DNA of 64,000 nucleotides from an uncultured Chloroflexia bacterium (lineage in GTDB: Bacteria > Chloroflexota > Limnocylindria > Limnocylindrales > CSP1-4): NCBI GenBank assembly GCA_963779575.1, contig CAVZYT010000005.1:435440-499439 (forward strand). The letters are read 5' to 3'. The notes beneath the pieces were generated by a model that was not told the DNA's origin, did no database searches, and saw only the letters and a list, made by a program, of their open reading frames with translations. Of the stretch, positions 1 through 12,288 are shown one piece after another; position 1 is the stretch's first letter; each line of letters begins with the position of its first letter. The position numbers and the translations under genes were made by a program.

Positions 1-1281
1 GCCGCGGCCGCGTCGTAGCCGATCTCCGGCGCCAGCGCCGTCGCCAGCATCAGGCCCTGCTCGACCAGCGCGGGTCCCCGGTCGGTCGCCGGCACGCCCG
101 TCGACCAGCCGCACCCGGAAGTTGCGCGCCGAGGCCGCGAGCAGCGCGATCGACTCGAGCAGCGTCGACCGCGGTGACCGGCAGCATCACGTTGAGCTCG
201 AGCAGCGACCCGGTCTGGCCGAACGCGATCGTCGCGTCGTTGCCGACGACGCGCGCGACGACCATCGTCAGGCTCTCGACGATGACCGGGTTCACCTTGC
301 CGGGCATGATCGACGAGCCGGGCTGGGTCTCGGGCAGCGCGAGCTCGGCGAGGCCGGCGCGCGGGCCCATGCCCATCAGCCGGATGTCGGACGCGATCTT
401 CCACAGCCCGAGCGCGATCGCGCGCAGGCCGCCGTGCGCGGCGATCACCGCGTCGAGCGTCGCCTGGGCGTGGAAGTGGTTCGGCGCCTCGCGGACCGGC
501 AGGCCCGTCAGCTCCGACAGGCGCTGGCAGGCCCGCGCCGCGAACTCCGGGTGGGCGTTGATCCCGGTCCCGACCGCCGTCCCGCCCAGCGGCACCGTCA
601 GCAGCTCGTCGCGGGCCGCCTGCGCGCGCCGGATCGCCTCCTCGACCTGGCCCGCGTAGCCCGCGAACTCCTGGCCGAGCCGGATCGGCGTCGCGTCCTG
701 GAGGTGGGTGCGGCCGGTCTTGACGACGCCCCAGAACTCGTCGGCCTTGGCGGCGAGCGCCGACTGGAGCTCGATCAGGGCTGGGATGAGCTCCTCCTCG
801 ATGGCGACCGCGCCCGGACAGCTGGAGCGCCGTCGGGATGACGTCGTTCGAGCTCTGGCAGCGGTTGACGTCGTCGTTGGGGTGGACCTTCGACGCCGAG
901 GCGGGCCGCGGCGATGTGGGCGACGACCTCGTTCATGTTGGTGTTGGTCGAGGTCCCCGAGCCCGTCTGGTAGACGTCGATGGGGAACTGGGCGTCGTGC
1001 CGGCCGTCGGCGACCTCGCGCGCCGCCGCGGCGATCGCCTGCGCCTTCGGGGCGTCGAGCAGGCCGAGGCCCAGGTTGGTCTCGGCCGCGGCGAGCTTGA
1101 TCAGCGCCAGCGAGCGCAGGAAACGCCGCGGCATCCGCTGGCCCGAGATCGGGAAGTTGAGGACCGCGCGCTGCGTGGAGGCGCCGTAGAGCGCGTCGGC
1201 GGGGACGTCCATCTCGCCCATCGAGTCACGCTCGACGCGGGTGGCGGGGTTGCGGCGTCGCCGTCGGAGGTCGGCTTCCAT
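1..1281 (-). pseudogene. fumC: class II fumarate hydratase; C-terminal end runs off the window; needs at least 4 frame changes as assembled
   Basis: ORF 775-1404(-) has [25 protein letters not shown] and [19 protein letters not shown] 50-595(-) has the GSSIMPGKVNP signature. The middle parts ([35 protein letters not shown]) and the far C-terminus (LLESIALLAASARNF, LMLATALAPEIGYDAA) read only in other frames. Confidence 0.85.
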
Positions 1282-1353
1282 GCCGATGATGGTACGGCGC
1301 GCGCGGCGTCCTACGGCGGGGTACGGCGCCCTCCCGTCGATATGCTGGCGGCC

Positions 1354-2212
1354 ATGCGCACGGACGTCCCCATGGCCCGCGTCGCCGCCGAACGGGCTGG
1401 ACATCGGCTACGACGTGGACGGCGATGGCCCGCCCCTCGTCCTGCTCCACAGCGCGAGCTCGTCGGGGCGCGAGGACTTCGCCGCGCAGCTGCCGCTCCT
1501 CCGCCGCACCTTCACCTGCTACCTGCCCGACGCGCGCGGCCACGCGACGACCCGCTGGGACGCGGCGGACGGGTTCCGCTACGACTGGCTGGTCGACGAC
1601 CTCGAGGCCTTCGCGGACGCCCTCGGCCTCGGGACGTTCCACCTGCTCGGGTTCTCGATGGGTGCGGCCACGGCGCTCGAGTTCGCGTCGCGCAGCCCGG
1701 AGCGGCTCCGGTCGCTGGTCGCTGATCGGGATCTCGCCCCGCCGCGAGCCGCGGACGTCGGTCGCGCGCCGGATGATGGACCCGGCGTACATCGAGGCGG
1801 GATCCCGCGCTGGGCCGCCGAGCTCTCGCGTCGCCACGACCCGGTCCAGGGCCCCGGCGCCTGGCAGCGGCTGATGCCGGCGATCGCCCGGGACGTCGCG
1901 GAGCAACGGCTCCTCGAGCCCGCCGACCTCATCCGCATCGACGCCCCGACGCTGGTCGTCGTCGGCGACCGTGACCCGTTCGTCCCCGTGGACCAGGCCT
2001 GGGCCCTCAAGCGCCAGCTGCCCGACGCCCGGCTGTTCGTCGCGCCCGACTGCGGCCACGAGGTGCCGGCCAGGCGGACCGCGCTGTTCAACGAGGCGCT
2101 CGCGGGCTTCTATCGGTCGACGGCCGCCTCGGCGGCGAAGCGGGCGGACCGCCAGGGGGGTCAGCCGCCGGGGACCTCGTCGGGCAGGGCCGGCCGCAGC
2201 AGCAGGCTGTAG
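1354..2212 (+). pseudogene. alpha/beta-fold hydrolase, about 3 frame changes
   Basis: ORF 1241-2212 has GPPLVLLHSASSSGREDF, the nucleophile elbow GFSMGAA and C-terminal PDCGHEVP. The segment around 1725-1800 reads sensibly only in the frame of ORF 1425-1874 (LIGISPRREP..MMDPAYIEAG). The likely ATG at 1354 lies in a third frame. Confidence 0.75.
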
Positions 2213-3117
2213 GTGTGTCCGTCGGGCCCCTTGACGCTGACCATGGCGGGCTTGCCACCGGTCAGCGCGGATGCCGCCTCGACCTGTCCCGCATCGAGCA
2301 GGTGCGAGGCGAACGGGATCGCCGCGTCGTCCGCGGGCTGGGCGAAGTCGGCCGGCGCGAGGTCCGTCCATGGCCAGGGCTGGACCTGGACCCCCTGGGG
2401 ACCCTCGGTCTCGGCGATGTACGCGATGGTCCGGTCGGAGGTGTAGTCGGCGTCCGTCGGGATCGAGCGCAGCTTGTCGACGAGGTCGGCGAACGCCTTG
2501 ATCGCGGCCGCATCCGGGCCGGGCGCCGGGTCGTTGGTGAGGCCGGTCACGAGGATCGAGCGGTCGGCGCCGTCGGCGTGGAGGTCGAACACGGTGGACG
2601 GGGCGTCCATGTTGCCGCCCATGTACGCGTCGCGCGCGGTGCCAAGCCGCCCGTCGACCAGCGCGTACTTGAGAATCGCCTGGACCTCGTCCTCCGACAG
2701 GTGTGCCTCGCGCAGCGTCGGGATCACGACGGCGCCGCCGCCCGCGGCACCCGGATTGAGGCCGCCGCCGCCTCCGCCCGCCGCGTCGTCGCCCGGCGGG
2801 AGCACCAGCGCCCGGCCGTCGCCATAGAGGGTGAACTCGGGCACCCGGCTCATGACCGTCTGGATGCGGATGAACCCGCCGCGCGTCGAAGCGCGCAGGA
2901 CGACGTCATGGAGACCGGTCGGGTGCTCGATGGCGTCAGCTGCCAGCGAGGGTGGCGTGGTCGGGGTCGCCGGGGCCGTCGGGGGTGGGGATCCGGGCAC
3001 GATGACGGCCGAGGGCGGTGCCGCCGGCACGCCGGAGGCGCAGGCCGTGGCGATCGAGGCAAGGAGCGTGAGCGCCGCGAGCGGCGCGGTCCGTGCGAGC
3101 GGGGCGCGTGTCGACAT
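2161..3117 (-). CDS. secreted lipoprotein of unknown function
   Basis: ORF 2161-3168(-). The internal Met at 3117 gives a signal peptide with lipobox LLASIATAC, a Pro/Thr-rich linker and a Gly-rich loop. No family recognised. Confidence 0.6.
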   Translation of the reverse strand: MSTRAPLARTAPLAALTLLASIATACASGVPAAPPSAVIVPGSPPPTAPATPTTPPSLAADAIEHPTGLHDVVLRASTRGGFIRIQTVMSRVPEFTLYGDGRALVLPPGDDAAGGGGGGLNPGAAGGGAVVIPTLREAHLSEDEVQAILKYALVDGRLGTARDAYMGGNMDAPSTVFDLHADGADRSILVTGLTNDPAPGPDAAAIKAFADLVDKLRSIPTDADYTSDRTIAYIAETEGPQGVQVQPWPWTDLAPADFAQPADDAAIPFASHLLDAGQVEAASALTGGKPAMVSVKGPDGHTYSLLLRPALPDEVPGG

Positions 3118-3175
3118 GGCGCTCGGACGCCGGGATCGTGCGCTCGGTTCCCATGCCACAATCGGCATATGGTGC

Positions 3176-4401
3176 GTGACCTGCAGCCGGCCCCTGCGCG
3201 AGGCGTGGATCGTCGACGCGGTCCGGACCCCGATCGGCCGCTACGGCGGCGCGCTGGCCGCGGTCCGCCCCGACGACCTGGCCGCGGTCGTGATCGCGCG
3301 CGATCGTCGACCGGACGGGCATCGACCCGGCGCGCGATCGAGGACGTCGTGTTCGGCTGCGCCAACGGGGCCGGCGAGGACAACCGCAACGTGGCGCGCA
3401 TGGCGCGCGCTGCTCGCCGGGCTGCCCGTCGAGGTCGCGGGCCAGACCGTCAACCGGCTGTGCGGCTCGGGCCTGCAGGCCGTCAACACGGCGGCCCACG
3501 CGATCGGCGCGGGCGACGGCGAGGTGTTCGTCGCCGGCGGGGTCGAGTCGATGACGCGCGCGCCGTACGTGATGCTCAAGGCCGACGCCGCCTGGGACCG
3601 CGGCGCGCGGGCGGTCGAGGACACGACGCTCGGCTGGCGATTCGTGAACCCGCGGATGCAGGAGGCCTACCCGCCGATCTCGCTCGGCGAGACCGCGGAG
3701 TGCGTGGCGGACCAGTGGACCGTGTCGCGCGAGCGCCAGGACGCGTTCGCGCTCCAGAGCCAGCGGCGCGCGATCGCGGCGATCGAGGGCGGCCGGTTCG
3801 ACGGCCAGCTGGTCCCGGTCAGCGTCGCGGGCCGCAAGGGCGCGGTCACCGTGGTCGATCGCGACGAGCATCCCCGCGCCGACACGTCGGCCGAGGCGCT
3901 TGCCGCGCTCAAGCCCGCGTTCAAGGCCGGCGGAACGGTCACGGCCGGCAACAGCTCGGGCATCAACGACGGCGCCGCGGCGCTGCTGCTGGTCGAGGCC
4001 GACCGCGCGCGGGCACTTGGCCTGCGGCCGATGGCGCGCGTGGTCGCGACCGCGGTCGCGGGCGTCCACCCCGACGTCATGGGCATCGGCCCCGTGCCGG
4101 CCGTGCGCAAGGTGCTCGGCCGGGCCGGGCTCGATACGGGCGATCTCGACGTCATCGAGATCAACGAGGCGTTCGCCAGCCAGTCGGTCGCGTGCATGGA
4201 CGAGCTGGGCTCGATCCGGCGCGCGTGAACCCCAACGGCGGCGCGATCGCGCTCGGGCATCCGCTCGGGGCGTCCGGGGCACGCCTGGTGACGATGGTCG
4301 TTCACGAGCTGGCGCGGACCGGCGGCCGCTACGGGCTCGCGACGATGTGCATCGGCGTGGGCCAGGGGATCGCGACGATCGTGGAGCGCATCGAGCCCTA
4401 G
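3176..4401 (+). pseudogene. acetyl-CoA C-acetyltransferase (thiolase II), about 4 frame changes
   Basis: Motifs [27 protein letters not shown] (active-site Cys), [15 protein letters not shown], then [20 protein letters not shown] and CIGVGQGIA in a different frame. Three shifts between about 3290 and 3420, and one near 4215. Confidence 0.9.
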
Positions 4402-4605
4402 GCGCGGACCGCGGCGCGGCCCGCGGGCGTCCCGATATCCGCCCGAGTGAACGCCTTGCGAGCGGCCCGCGTCCGGCGCCGTGCCTCAACGAGGGCGGTG
4501 GGACGATCGGGGTGCTGGACGAAAACCGTTGCCGTGCGTACGATCAGGTCGTTCCCGGGCCGGTTGGGGCTGCGGGACCAGAGCGACCCGAGGAGATCCC
4601 AAGAC

Positions 4606-5023
4606 ATGATCGACGCCCAGCCGACGATCGAGGCCCAGCCGACCATCGTCGCCCCGCCGACCGTCGTCTCCCTCAGCGACGCCGCCGCGGTGAAGCTGCG
4701 CGAGCTGACCAAGGACGAGCCGAACCCCGCAGATCGGGCTGCGCGTCTACGTGTACTCCGGCGGCTGCTCCGGCTACCGCTACGGGATGATGCTCGAGGA
4801 TGCGCCGACCACGGACGACAACGTCCTGAGCGCGAACGGCGTCCGCGTGTACATCGACAACAACAGCGTCCCGTTGATCCAGGGCAGCGAGATCGACTAT
4901 GTCGACACGCTCATGGGCGCGGGCTTCACGGTCAACAACCCGAATGCGGTCTCGGGCTGCGGCTGCGGCTCCAGCTTCCGGACGGCCGACGACGCCGGCC
5001 AGGCGAAGGGCTGCTCGCACTGA
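4606..5023 (+). CDS. erpA: A-type iron-sulfur cluster insertion protein (HesB/IscA/ErpA family); one frameshift at C-run 4725-4728
   Basis: ATG 4606 is preceded by GAGGAG. VSLSDAAAVKLRELTKDEPNP continues in the next frame as IGLRVYVYSGGCSGYRYGM..., ending in the SGCGCGSSF motif. Carries a 16-aa C-terminal extension. Confidence 0.85.
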
Positions 5024-5029
5024 CCTCCC

Positions 5030-5046
5030 GGGCGCCGAGGGCGCCC
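5030..5046 (+). terminator. short GC hairpin after erpA
   Basis: GGGCGCC-gag-GGCGCCC, 7-bp stem, 7 nt after the stop; no U tract. Confidence 0.3.
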
Positions 5047-5150
5047 GCCTCGAGTCGCGCAGGACGCCGTCGGGACCGACCCGGCGGCGTTTTCATGTCC
5101 CGTTGGCGATCCCGCCGATCCGCCTGACGGCGTACCCTGCGCGAACGATC

Positions 5151-5958
<808 letters not shown>

Positions 5959-6166
5959 TCGGGGAAGGGTGCCGGGGCCGCCCGGCGGGGGTGACGCCCC
6001 ACCGGACGGCCCAGCGGCCCACAAGCGGCGCGGGGTCGCCACCGAGGCCGTGGATATTCCTCCGGGATGCTAGCCGCGGGCGCGCGTGCTGAAACCCCCC
6101 GATTCGAGGGGTCAGCCGAGGTCCAGTCGAGGGTCCGGCGGCGTGGTGGAAGCGACGTCGCGGCCG

Positions 6167-6592
6167 CTACTCCGCGATCTTCGCGAATCCGTGGATCGCG
6201 GTCGGCCGGAGGCGGACGACGAACTCGCCCGGGACGCCGTTGCGGGCCCCGAACGCCTCAGCCTTGTCCTCGCCCATGTACTTCGCGCCCAACGCCGTGG
6301 CGATGCGCCGGCACTCCACGACGTCATCGAGCACCTCGGCCTCACCCTCGACCAGCACGTAGTCGTACGGCGGCTCGGGGTCCTGCACGACGAGGGCGGC
6401 CCGGGCATCCGCCGCGAGGTTGCGGACCTTGACGGTCGTGTGCCACGAGGTGAACACGTAGTCGTCCCCGTCGCGGATGTACCAGGTCGGGGTCGCGTGC
6501 GGACGCCCGTCGGGGCGCACCGTCGCGAACGTCGCCGTCCGGGCCCCGGCGTCGAGGAAGTCGCGCGCCTGCGCCTTCGTCATCCGCTGCAT
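6167..6592 (-). CDS. pyridoxamine 5'-phosphate oxidase family (PPOX class, probably F420/FMN-binding) protein
   Basis: MQRMTKAQARDFLDAGARTATFATVRPDGRPHATPTWY..VVQDPEPPYDYVLVEGEA, the typical PPOX split-barrel pattern. Start chosen at the internal ATG of ORF 6167-6685. Confidence 0.75.
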   Translation of the reverse strand: MQRMTKAQARDFLDAGARTATFATVRPDGRPHATPTWYIRDGDDYVFTSWHTTVKVRNLAADARAALVVQDPEPPYDYVLVEGEAEVLDDVVECRRIATALGAKYMGEDKAEAFGARNGVPGEFVVRLRPTAIHGFAKIAE

Positions 6593-6601
6593 CTGCTCAT
6601 C

Positions 6602-6644
6602 TTGACAGCGCAGATCAATGTGGTATATATCGGCACACGATATA
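6602..6644 (+). promoter_or_regulatory. putative padR promoter (TTGACA-17 nt-ATATAT) with an overlapping 7-bp inverted repeat operator
   Basis: TTGACA at 6602-6607 and ATATAT at 6625-6630. TATATCG-gcaca-CGATATA at 6626-6644. GGAGGA at 6653-6658 lies 10 nt before TTG 6669. Confidence 0.5.
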
Positions 6645-6668
6645 GCGAGCCCCGGAGGAACGCCGACC

Positions 6669-6995
6669 TTGACGCAGCCACACATCCCTGATCTCGGCCG
6701 GTTCGCCGAGCCCGCGCTCCTGATCCTCGTGAGCCTCGGCGACGGGCCGAAGCACGGCTACGCGATCATGACGGACGTGGAGGCGGGCACGGGCCGGCCG
6801 CTGGGACCGGGGACGCTCTATGCCGCGCTCGCCCGCCTCGAGGAGCGCGGCCTGATCGAGGCCCTGGAACCCGTCGATCGCCGCCGGCCGTACCGGCTGA
6901 CCGCGGTCGGCGAGACGGTCCTGACCGAGCAGCTGCGGGACCTCGCGGCGTTCGCCCAGCTCGGCCTCAAGAGGCTCGGCCAGGCCGAGCGATGA
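6669..6995 (+). CDS. PadR family transcriptional regulator
   Basis: LLILVSLGDGPKHGYAIMTDVE...GTLYAALARLEERGLIE...RRPYRLT winged-helix pattern. TTG start chosen from RBS spacing (ORF 6618-6995). Confidence 0.85.
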   Translation: MTQPHIPDLGRFAEPALLILVSLGDGPKHGYAIMTDVEAGTGRPLGPGTLYAALARLEERGLIEALEPVDRRRPYRLTAVGETVLTEQLRDLAAFAQLGLKRLGQAER

Positions 6996-7765
6996 CACGG
7001 CTCCTCCTCCGGCTGTACCCGGCCCGCTGGCGCGCCCGCTACGGCGACGAGTTCGCCGTGATGCTCGGCGAGCGTGCGCTCGGCCCATTCGACGTGGCCG
7101 ACGTGCTGCTCGGCGCGTTCGACGCCCACCTGAACCTCCGCGGCCTCGGCGCCGCATCCGCGAAGCGGAAAGGGATCGCCATGACGCTCCGCATCGGCGG
7201 CATCGCCGCCGTCATCGGGGGCCCGCTGTGGGTCGCCAGCCTGATCGGCGGTTCACTCACCGATCAGCCAATCCCCTGGCTGGTCCTCGCCCTGGCCGCG
7301 ACGGGACTCCTGCTCCTGGCCCTTGTCGGCCTCAGCGCCTTCCAGGCGCGGAGCCACCCCGTGGTCGTCTGGCTCGCGTTCGCGATCCCGGCGGTCGGAG
7401 CGCTGGTCTCGATCGTCGGGCTGGCCGGCATGATCCTCGTCGGGGAGCGGCGGTTCGTGCTCGACTACAGCGCGTGGTACGTGTGGATGATTGGTACGTT
7501 TGCAATGTTCGCGGGATCGGCACTGTTCGCGACCGCGACTTGGACCTCGAAGACGTTGTCGCGCGCCGGGGCGGCGCTCATCGGGCTGAGCTCGTTCGCG
7601 CTCCTCCCGATACTGGGCTTCTGGGGCAACGTGACCGGGCCAGCTGCCATCGTCCCGCTGCTCGCCGGGTTCGTCACGTTCGCTGTCGGCTGGGCGGCGC
7701 TTGGGGCCAGCGCTATCCGGATCGACCGCCTCGGCAGCGCCACGCTCCGCGGAGCTTCGGCCTAG
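6992..7765 (+). CDS. PadR-associated polytopic membrane protein
   Basis: ATGA overlap with padR. N-terminal LYPARWRARYGDEF motif followed by about 6 hydrophobic helices. Confidence 0.7.
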   Translation: MTRLLLRLYPARWRARYGDEFAVMLGERALGPFDVADVLLGAFDAHLNLRGLGAASAKRKGIAMTLRIGGIAAVIGGPLWVASLIGGSLTDQPIPWLVLALAATGLLLLALVGLSAFQARSHPVVVWLAFAIPAVGALVSIVGLAGMILVGERRFVLDYSAWYVWMIGTFAMFAGSALFATATWTSKTLSRAGAALIGLSSFALLPILGFWGNVTGPAAIVPLLAGFVTFAVGWAALGASAIRIDRLGSATLRGASA

Positions 7766-7984
7766 CTCCCAGGGGCGCCCGACGGGGTCAATTGGTGTCG
7801 GCCACGCGGTGCGGGTCGACGATCCCGTGCTGGCCGCGGTGAGGACGTCCGCCTTCCAGGGCGGCTGATCGTCGGCCTTTCTCGCGAGGTGGGTGATGCG
7901 AGCGTGTATCGAAGGGCGGGACACTCGCTAGGCACGGGGCGTACAGTTCTTCGTCTCACCCAAATCGACTGGAGGATCCGAACC

Positions 7985-8458
7985 GTGCAATTCCGGACCG
8001 GCGTGTCCGATCTCTCGCGCTGGCGCGGTCCCGCGCTCGCCGTCTCGGCGTCGAGCCTGTTCCTGGCCGCGTGCAACTCCGTCGGCGGAGCGACCCTGAC
8101 CTTCTGGGACGTGATCTGGTCGATGATCGCGTTCTTCTTCGTGTTCATGCTGATCTGGATCTTCATCGCGATCTTCGCGGACATCTTCCGGCGCAACGAC
8201 CTCACGGGCGGCTGGAAGGCGATCTGGATCATCCTGCTGGTGTTCCTGCCGTTCCTCGGCGCGCTGATCTACATCATCAGCCGGCCGAAGGTGACCGCCC
8301 AGGACGTCCAGATGATGACCCAGGCCGACGCGGCCCAGAAGGCGGCGAACGCCGTGAGCCCCGCGGACCAGATCGCGAAGCTCAATGAGCTCAAGGCCTC
8401 GGGGGCGATCACCGTGCCCGAGTACGAGGCTCTCAAGAAGAAGGCGATGGAGGGCTGA
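7985..8458 (+). CDS. PLDc_N-type small membrane domain fused to a SHOCT domain
   Basis: GGAGGA lies 9 nt before GTG 7985. Possible lipobox LFLAAC. IFADIFRRNDLTGGWKAIWIILLVFLPFLGALIYIISRP (PLDc_N-like). C-terminal LNELKASGAITVPEYEALKKKAM (SHOCT). Confidence 0.75.
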   Translation: MQFRTGVSDLSRWRGPALAVSASSLFLAACNSVGGATLTFWDVIWSMIAFFFVFMLIWIFIAIFADIFRRNDLTGGWKAIWIILLVFLPFLGALIYIISRPKVTAQDVQMMTQADAAQKAANAVSPADQIAKLNELKASGAITVPEYEALKKKAMEG

Positions 8459-8462
8459 TCCC

Positions 8463-8900
8463 ATGGGCGTTGGACCTGTCGAATACATGGTCGTTGCCTT
8501 CCCGGGCAACAAGTTCAACGGCGAGATCGCACCGGCACTGAAGGACCTGATCGACTCCGGGACCATCCGGGTCATCGATCTCGCGTTCGTCCTCAAGGAC
8601 GGCGATGGCAGCGTCGTCGGTGCCGAGCTCGAGGACGTGGACTCCGAGGTCTTCCAGGCCTTCCAGAGCCTCGCGATCGAGCGGGGCGGCCTCCTCAACG
8701 ACGACGACCTCGTCGAGATCGGGGATGCGCTCGAGCCGAACTCGTCGGCGGCGATCCTCGTCTGGGAGGACCTGTGGGCGAAGCGATTCGCCGACGCGGT
8801 CGTCAACTCGGGCGGCGTGCTCGTCGACATCGCCCGGATTCCGCGCGACGTCGTCGAGGCTGCGATCGAGTTCGCAGCCGACGAAACCATCAGCGCCTAG
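8463..8900 (+). CDS. conserved hypothetical protein (resembles the family I recall as DUF6325)
   Basis: MGVGPVEYMVVAFPGNKFNGEIAPALKDLIDSGTIRVIDLAFVLKDGDGSV...; 4-nt gap from the upstream gene; high GC3. Confidence 0.7.
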   Translation: MGVGPVEYMVVAFPGNKFNGEIAPALKDLIDSGTIRVIDLAFVLKDGDGSVVGAELEDVDSEVFQAFQSLAIERGGLLNDDDLVEIGDALEPNSSAAILVWEDLWAKRFADAVVNSGGVLVDIARIPRDVVEAAIEFAADETISA

Positions 8901-8923
8901 CTGACAGCGAGAGGTAGCGAACG

Positions 8924-9271
8924 ATGATGCGACGCCGAGGCCCCGGCCTCATGCGTGTTGCGGCCACCACGGCCGTTGTGGCCGGAACCGCTGGTGCCGT
9001 CAGCCACCACCAGCAGACGAAGTACGCCAACCAGAACGCTCAGGCGCAGGCGACGTCCGACGATGCGGCGGTGCAGCAGCAACTCGCCGACCAGCAGGCG
9101 CAGATCAACGCCATGTCAGCGCAGCAGGCTCCCGCCCCGGCGGCGGCCCCGGCGCCGGCGGCGGTCGATCCGACCACGGCCCAGCTGCAGAACCTGGCCA
9201 ACCTGCATTCGCAGGGCATCCTGAGTGACGAGGAGTTCGCCGCGGCCAAGGCCAAGGCGCTCGGCATCTGA
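8924..9271 (+). CDS. SHOCT domain protein
   Basis: N-terminal Gly/Ala/Thr hydrophobic segment, Gln/Ala-rich linker, C-terminal LANLHSQGILSDEEFAAAKAKALG. Confidence 0.75.
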   Translation: MMRRRGPGLMRVAATTAVVAGTAGAVSHHQQTKYANQNAQAQATSDDAAVQQQLADQQAQINAMSAQQAPAPAAAPAPAAVDPTTAQLQNLANLHSQGILSDEEFAAAKAKALGI

Positions 9272-9344
9272 TCCGAGCACCGGCACCCGCACGCGAGCCC
9301 GTCCGCGCCCCTCCGGGGGCCGCGGGCGGGCTCTTCGATTCCTA

Positions 9345-10476
9345 GCTGACGGTCACCTCGCTGGCGCCGCCCAGGACCTCCAGCTCGTAGCGGTCGGGGC
9401 TGTCCGCGAATCCCGTGCCCTACGTAGCGCTGCTGACCCGAGACGCTTCTCGCGCCGGGCGCCGTCGACGCGCAGCCGAGCGACGCCGCCGGCGAGCCGC
9501 AAGGCCACCGGGACACCCGCGGGCCGCTGGAATCGCGCGCTGCTCACGACCCCGCCGAGGCGGACGGAGGCGGTGCCCGTCGGACGGGGCAGGTCGAGGC
9601 GGACGTGGTTGGCGCCGCCCTCGACGTCGAGCCGCTCGAGCGAGACCCCGGTCCAGCGTGCCGGTGAGGTCCGTGATCCCGCCGTCGATCTCGATCGGTC
9701 CACGGGATCGAGCCGCTGAGGGCGATCTTCGCCGACGCGTGTCGAGAAGGCCGCGGTCGCCTGGCGGCGGTAGCGGATCGTCACCACGCCGTCGACGACC
9801 CGGACGTCGGGCTGCGGGCCGTCGAACGTCGCCGCGATCAGGTCATCGCCGGGGGCGGCCCCCGTGAACTCGAGCCGTGACGCGCTGGTCTCCGCGATGA
9901 CCCGCGCGCGTTCGCGCCGCGGGCCGAGCGGCGCGAAGTTGAGCGCCACCCGGGGCGCGCCGGTCGCGAACACCAGGCGTCCGCGCGAGATCGCCGCCGA
10001 GCGGGGCCGTGAACACGGTGCCCGAGAACCCGCCCCGCGTCTCCGCGCGCAGGCGCGCCGTCTCGTCCGCGACGACGCGACGCGCGTCCGCGAGGAACCG
10101 GCCGATCGCGTCCTGCTCGGTCGGTCGAGCACGCGGCCAGCAGGCTCGTCGATCCCGGCCGTGAGGGGTGCCGAGCGCATCGACGACCTCGGCGACGCGC
10201 GACGGGACGGGCGCGATCGTGACGCTCCGGCGGTCGGCCGGATCGGGCTGGCGGGCGACGTAGCCCGCCCGCTCGAGGCGGTCGACGACGCCGGTGACGG
10301 CACCGGTCGTGATGCCGGACGAGCTCGGCGAGGCGGCTCGGCGTCAGGCCCGGATCGGCGATCACGAGCTCGAGGCAGCGCAGGTCGGTGGGGTTGAGGC
10401 CGAGGTGCTCGGCCAGCGCCTCGTCGAACGCGACGGTGCGGACGGCTTGACGGATGGCGGCGTTGTCGTTCATCAT
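9345..10476 (-). pseudogene. MarR family regulator fused to a C-terminal beta-rich repeat domain (toastrack/DUF4097-like?); at least 5 frame changes
   Basis: The N-terminus MMNDNAAIRQAVRTVAFDEALAEHLGLNPTDLRCLELV..., then GITTGAVTGVVDRLERAGYVARQPDPADRRSV, read in different frames. The C-terminal part LVFATGAPRVALNF...RLDVEGGANHVRLDLPRPTGTASVRLGGVVSSARF...YELEVLGGASEVTVS ends at the stop at 9345. Confidence 0.7.
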
Positions 10477-10484
10477 GCGGATAT

Positions 10485-10505
10485 CTTAGCAACTAAGCTA
10501 CTTAG
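10485..10505. promoter_or_regulatory. overlapping pentamer palindromes in the marR/ABC divergent gap (candidate MarR operator)
   Basis: CTTAG-caa-CTAAG-cta-CTTAG read directly; lies in the 38-bp gap between start codons 10476(-) and about 10515(+). Confidence 0.45.
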
Positions 10506-10514
10506 GAGGACGGA

Positions 10515-11508
<994 letters not shown>

Positions 11509-11512
<4 letters not shown>

Positions 11513-12288
11513 CCGCCGTCGTCCAGACCATGTACCAGTCGGAGCGCCATCTGCGGGCCTTCGTCCGCCAGCCGTGGTTCGTCCTGATGGCGATCACGCA
11601 GCCGGTCATCTGGCTGCTGCTGTTCGGCGCCCTGTTCCAGAACATCACGCTGATCCCGGGCTTCGGCGCCAACGGCATGACGTACCTCGACTACCTCGTC
11701 CCCGGCGTGCTCGTCATGACCGCGCTGTTCTCGTGCGGCTGGAGCGGGATGTCGGTCATCGAGGACCTGGATCGCTCGGTCGTCGACCGGTTCCTGGTCA
11801 CGCCCGCCCACCGCAGCGCGATCATCGGCGGCCTCACGATCTACCAGATGGTGTCGCTGCTCATCCAGGCGGCGATCATCGGCGGCCTCGCGCTGCTGCT
11901 GGGCGCGCGGTTCGAAGGCGGCCTGTTGGGGTACCTCGCGCTGACGGTCTGCGCGATGCTCCTCGGCGCGGCGGTGGCGTCGTTCAGCGACGCCATGGCG
12001 CTGATGCTCCGCCAGCGGGAGTCGGTCATCGGCATCAACACGATGCTGACGCTGCCGCTGACGTTCCTGTCGGCCGCGTTCCTGCCGCTTGCCCTCGCGC
12101 CCGAGTGGATCCAGACGGTGGCCCGGTTCAACCCGGTCAACTGGGCGGTCGAAGCAGGCCGCGAGGCGCTCGCCGCGACGCCCGACTGGTCGTTCGTGCT
12201 GCCGCGCATCGCTGCGCTGGCGATCCTGGCCGTGCTCTCGACCGCGTGGGCGACCCGGACGTTCCGGTCGTACCAGCGGTCGATCTAG
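11509..12288 (+). CDS. ABC-2 type transporter permease (DrrB-like)
   Basis: MTAVVQTMYQSERHLRAFVRQPWFVLMAITQPVIWLLLFG..., six hydrophobic segments; intact within ORF 11230-12288. Confidence 0.85.

Noticed and set aside
7253-7924. ORF 7253-7924(-) as a gene opposite the PadR-associated membrane protein
   Set aside because: The translation is Arg/Asp/Glu/Pro-rich and lies antisense to a convincing multi-TM ORF that is translationally coupled to padR.
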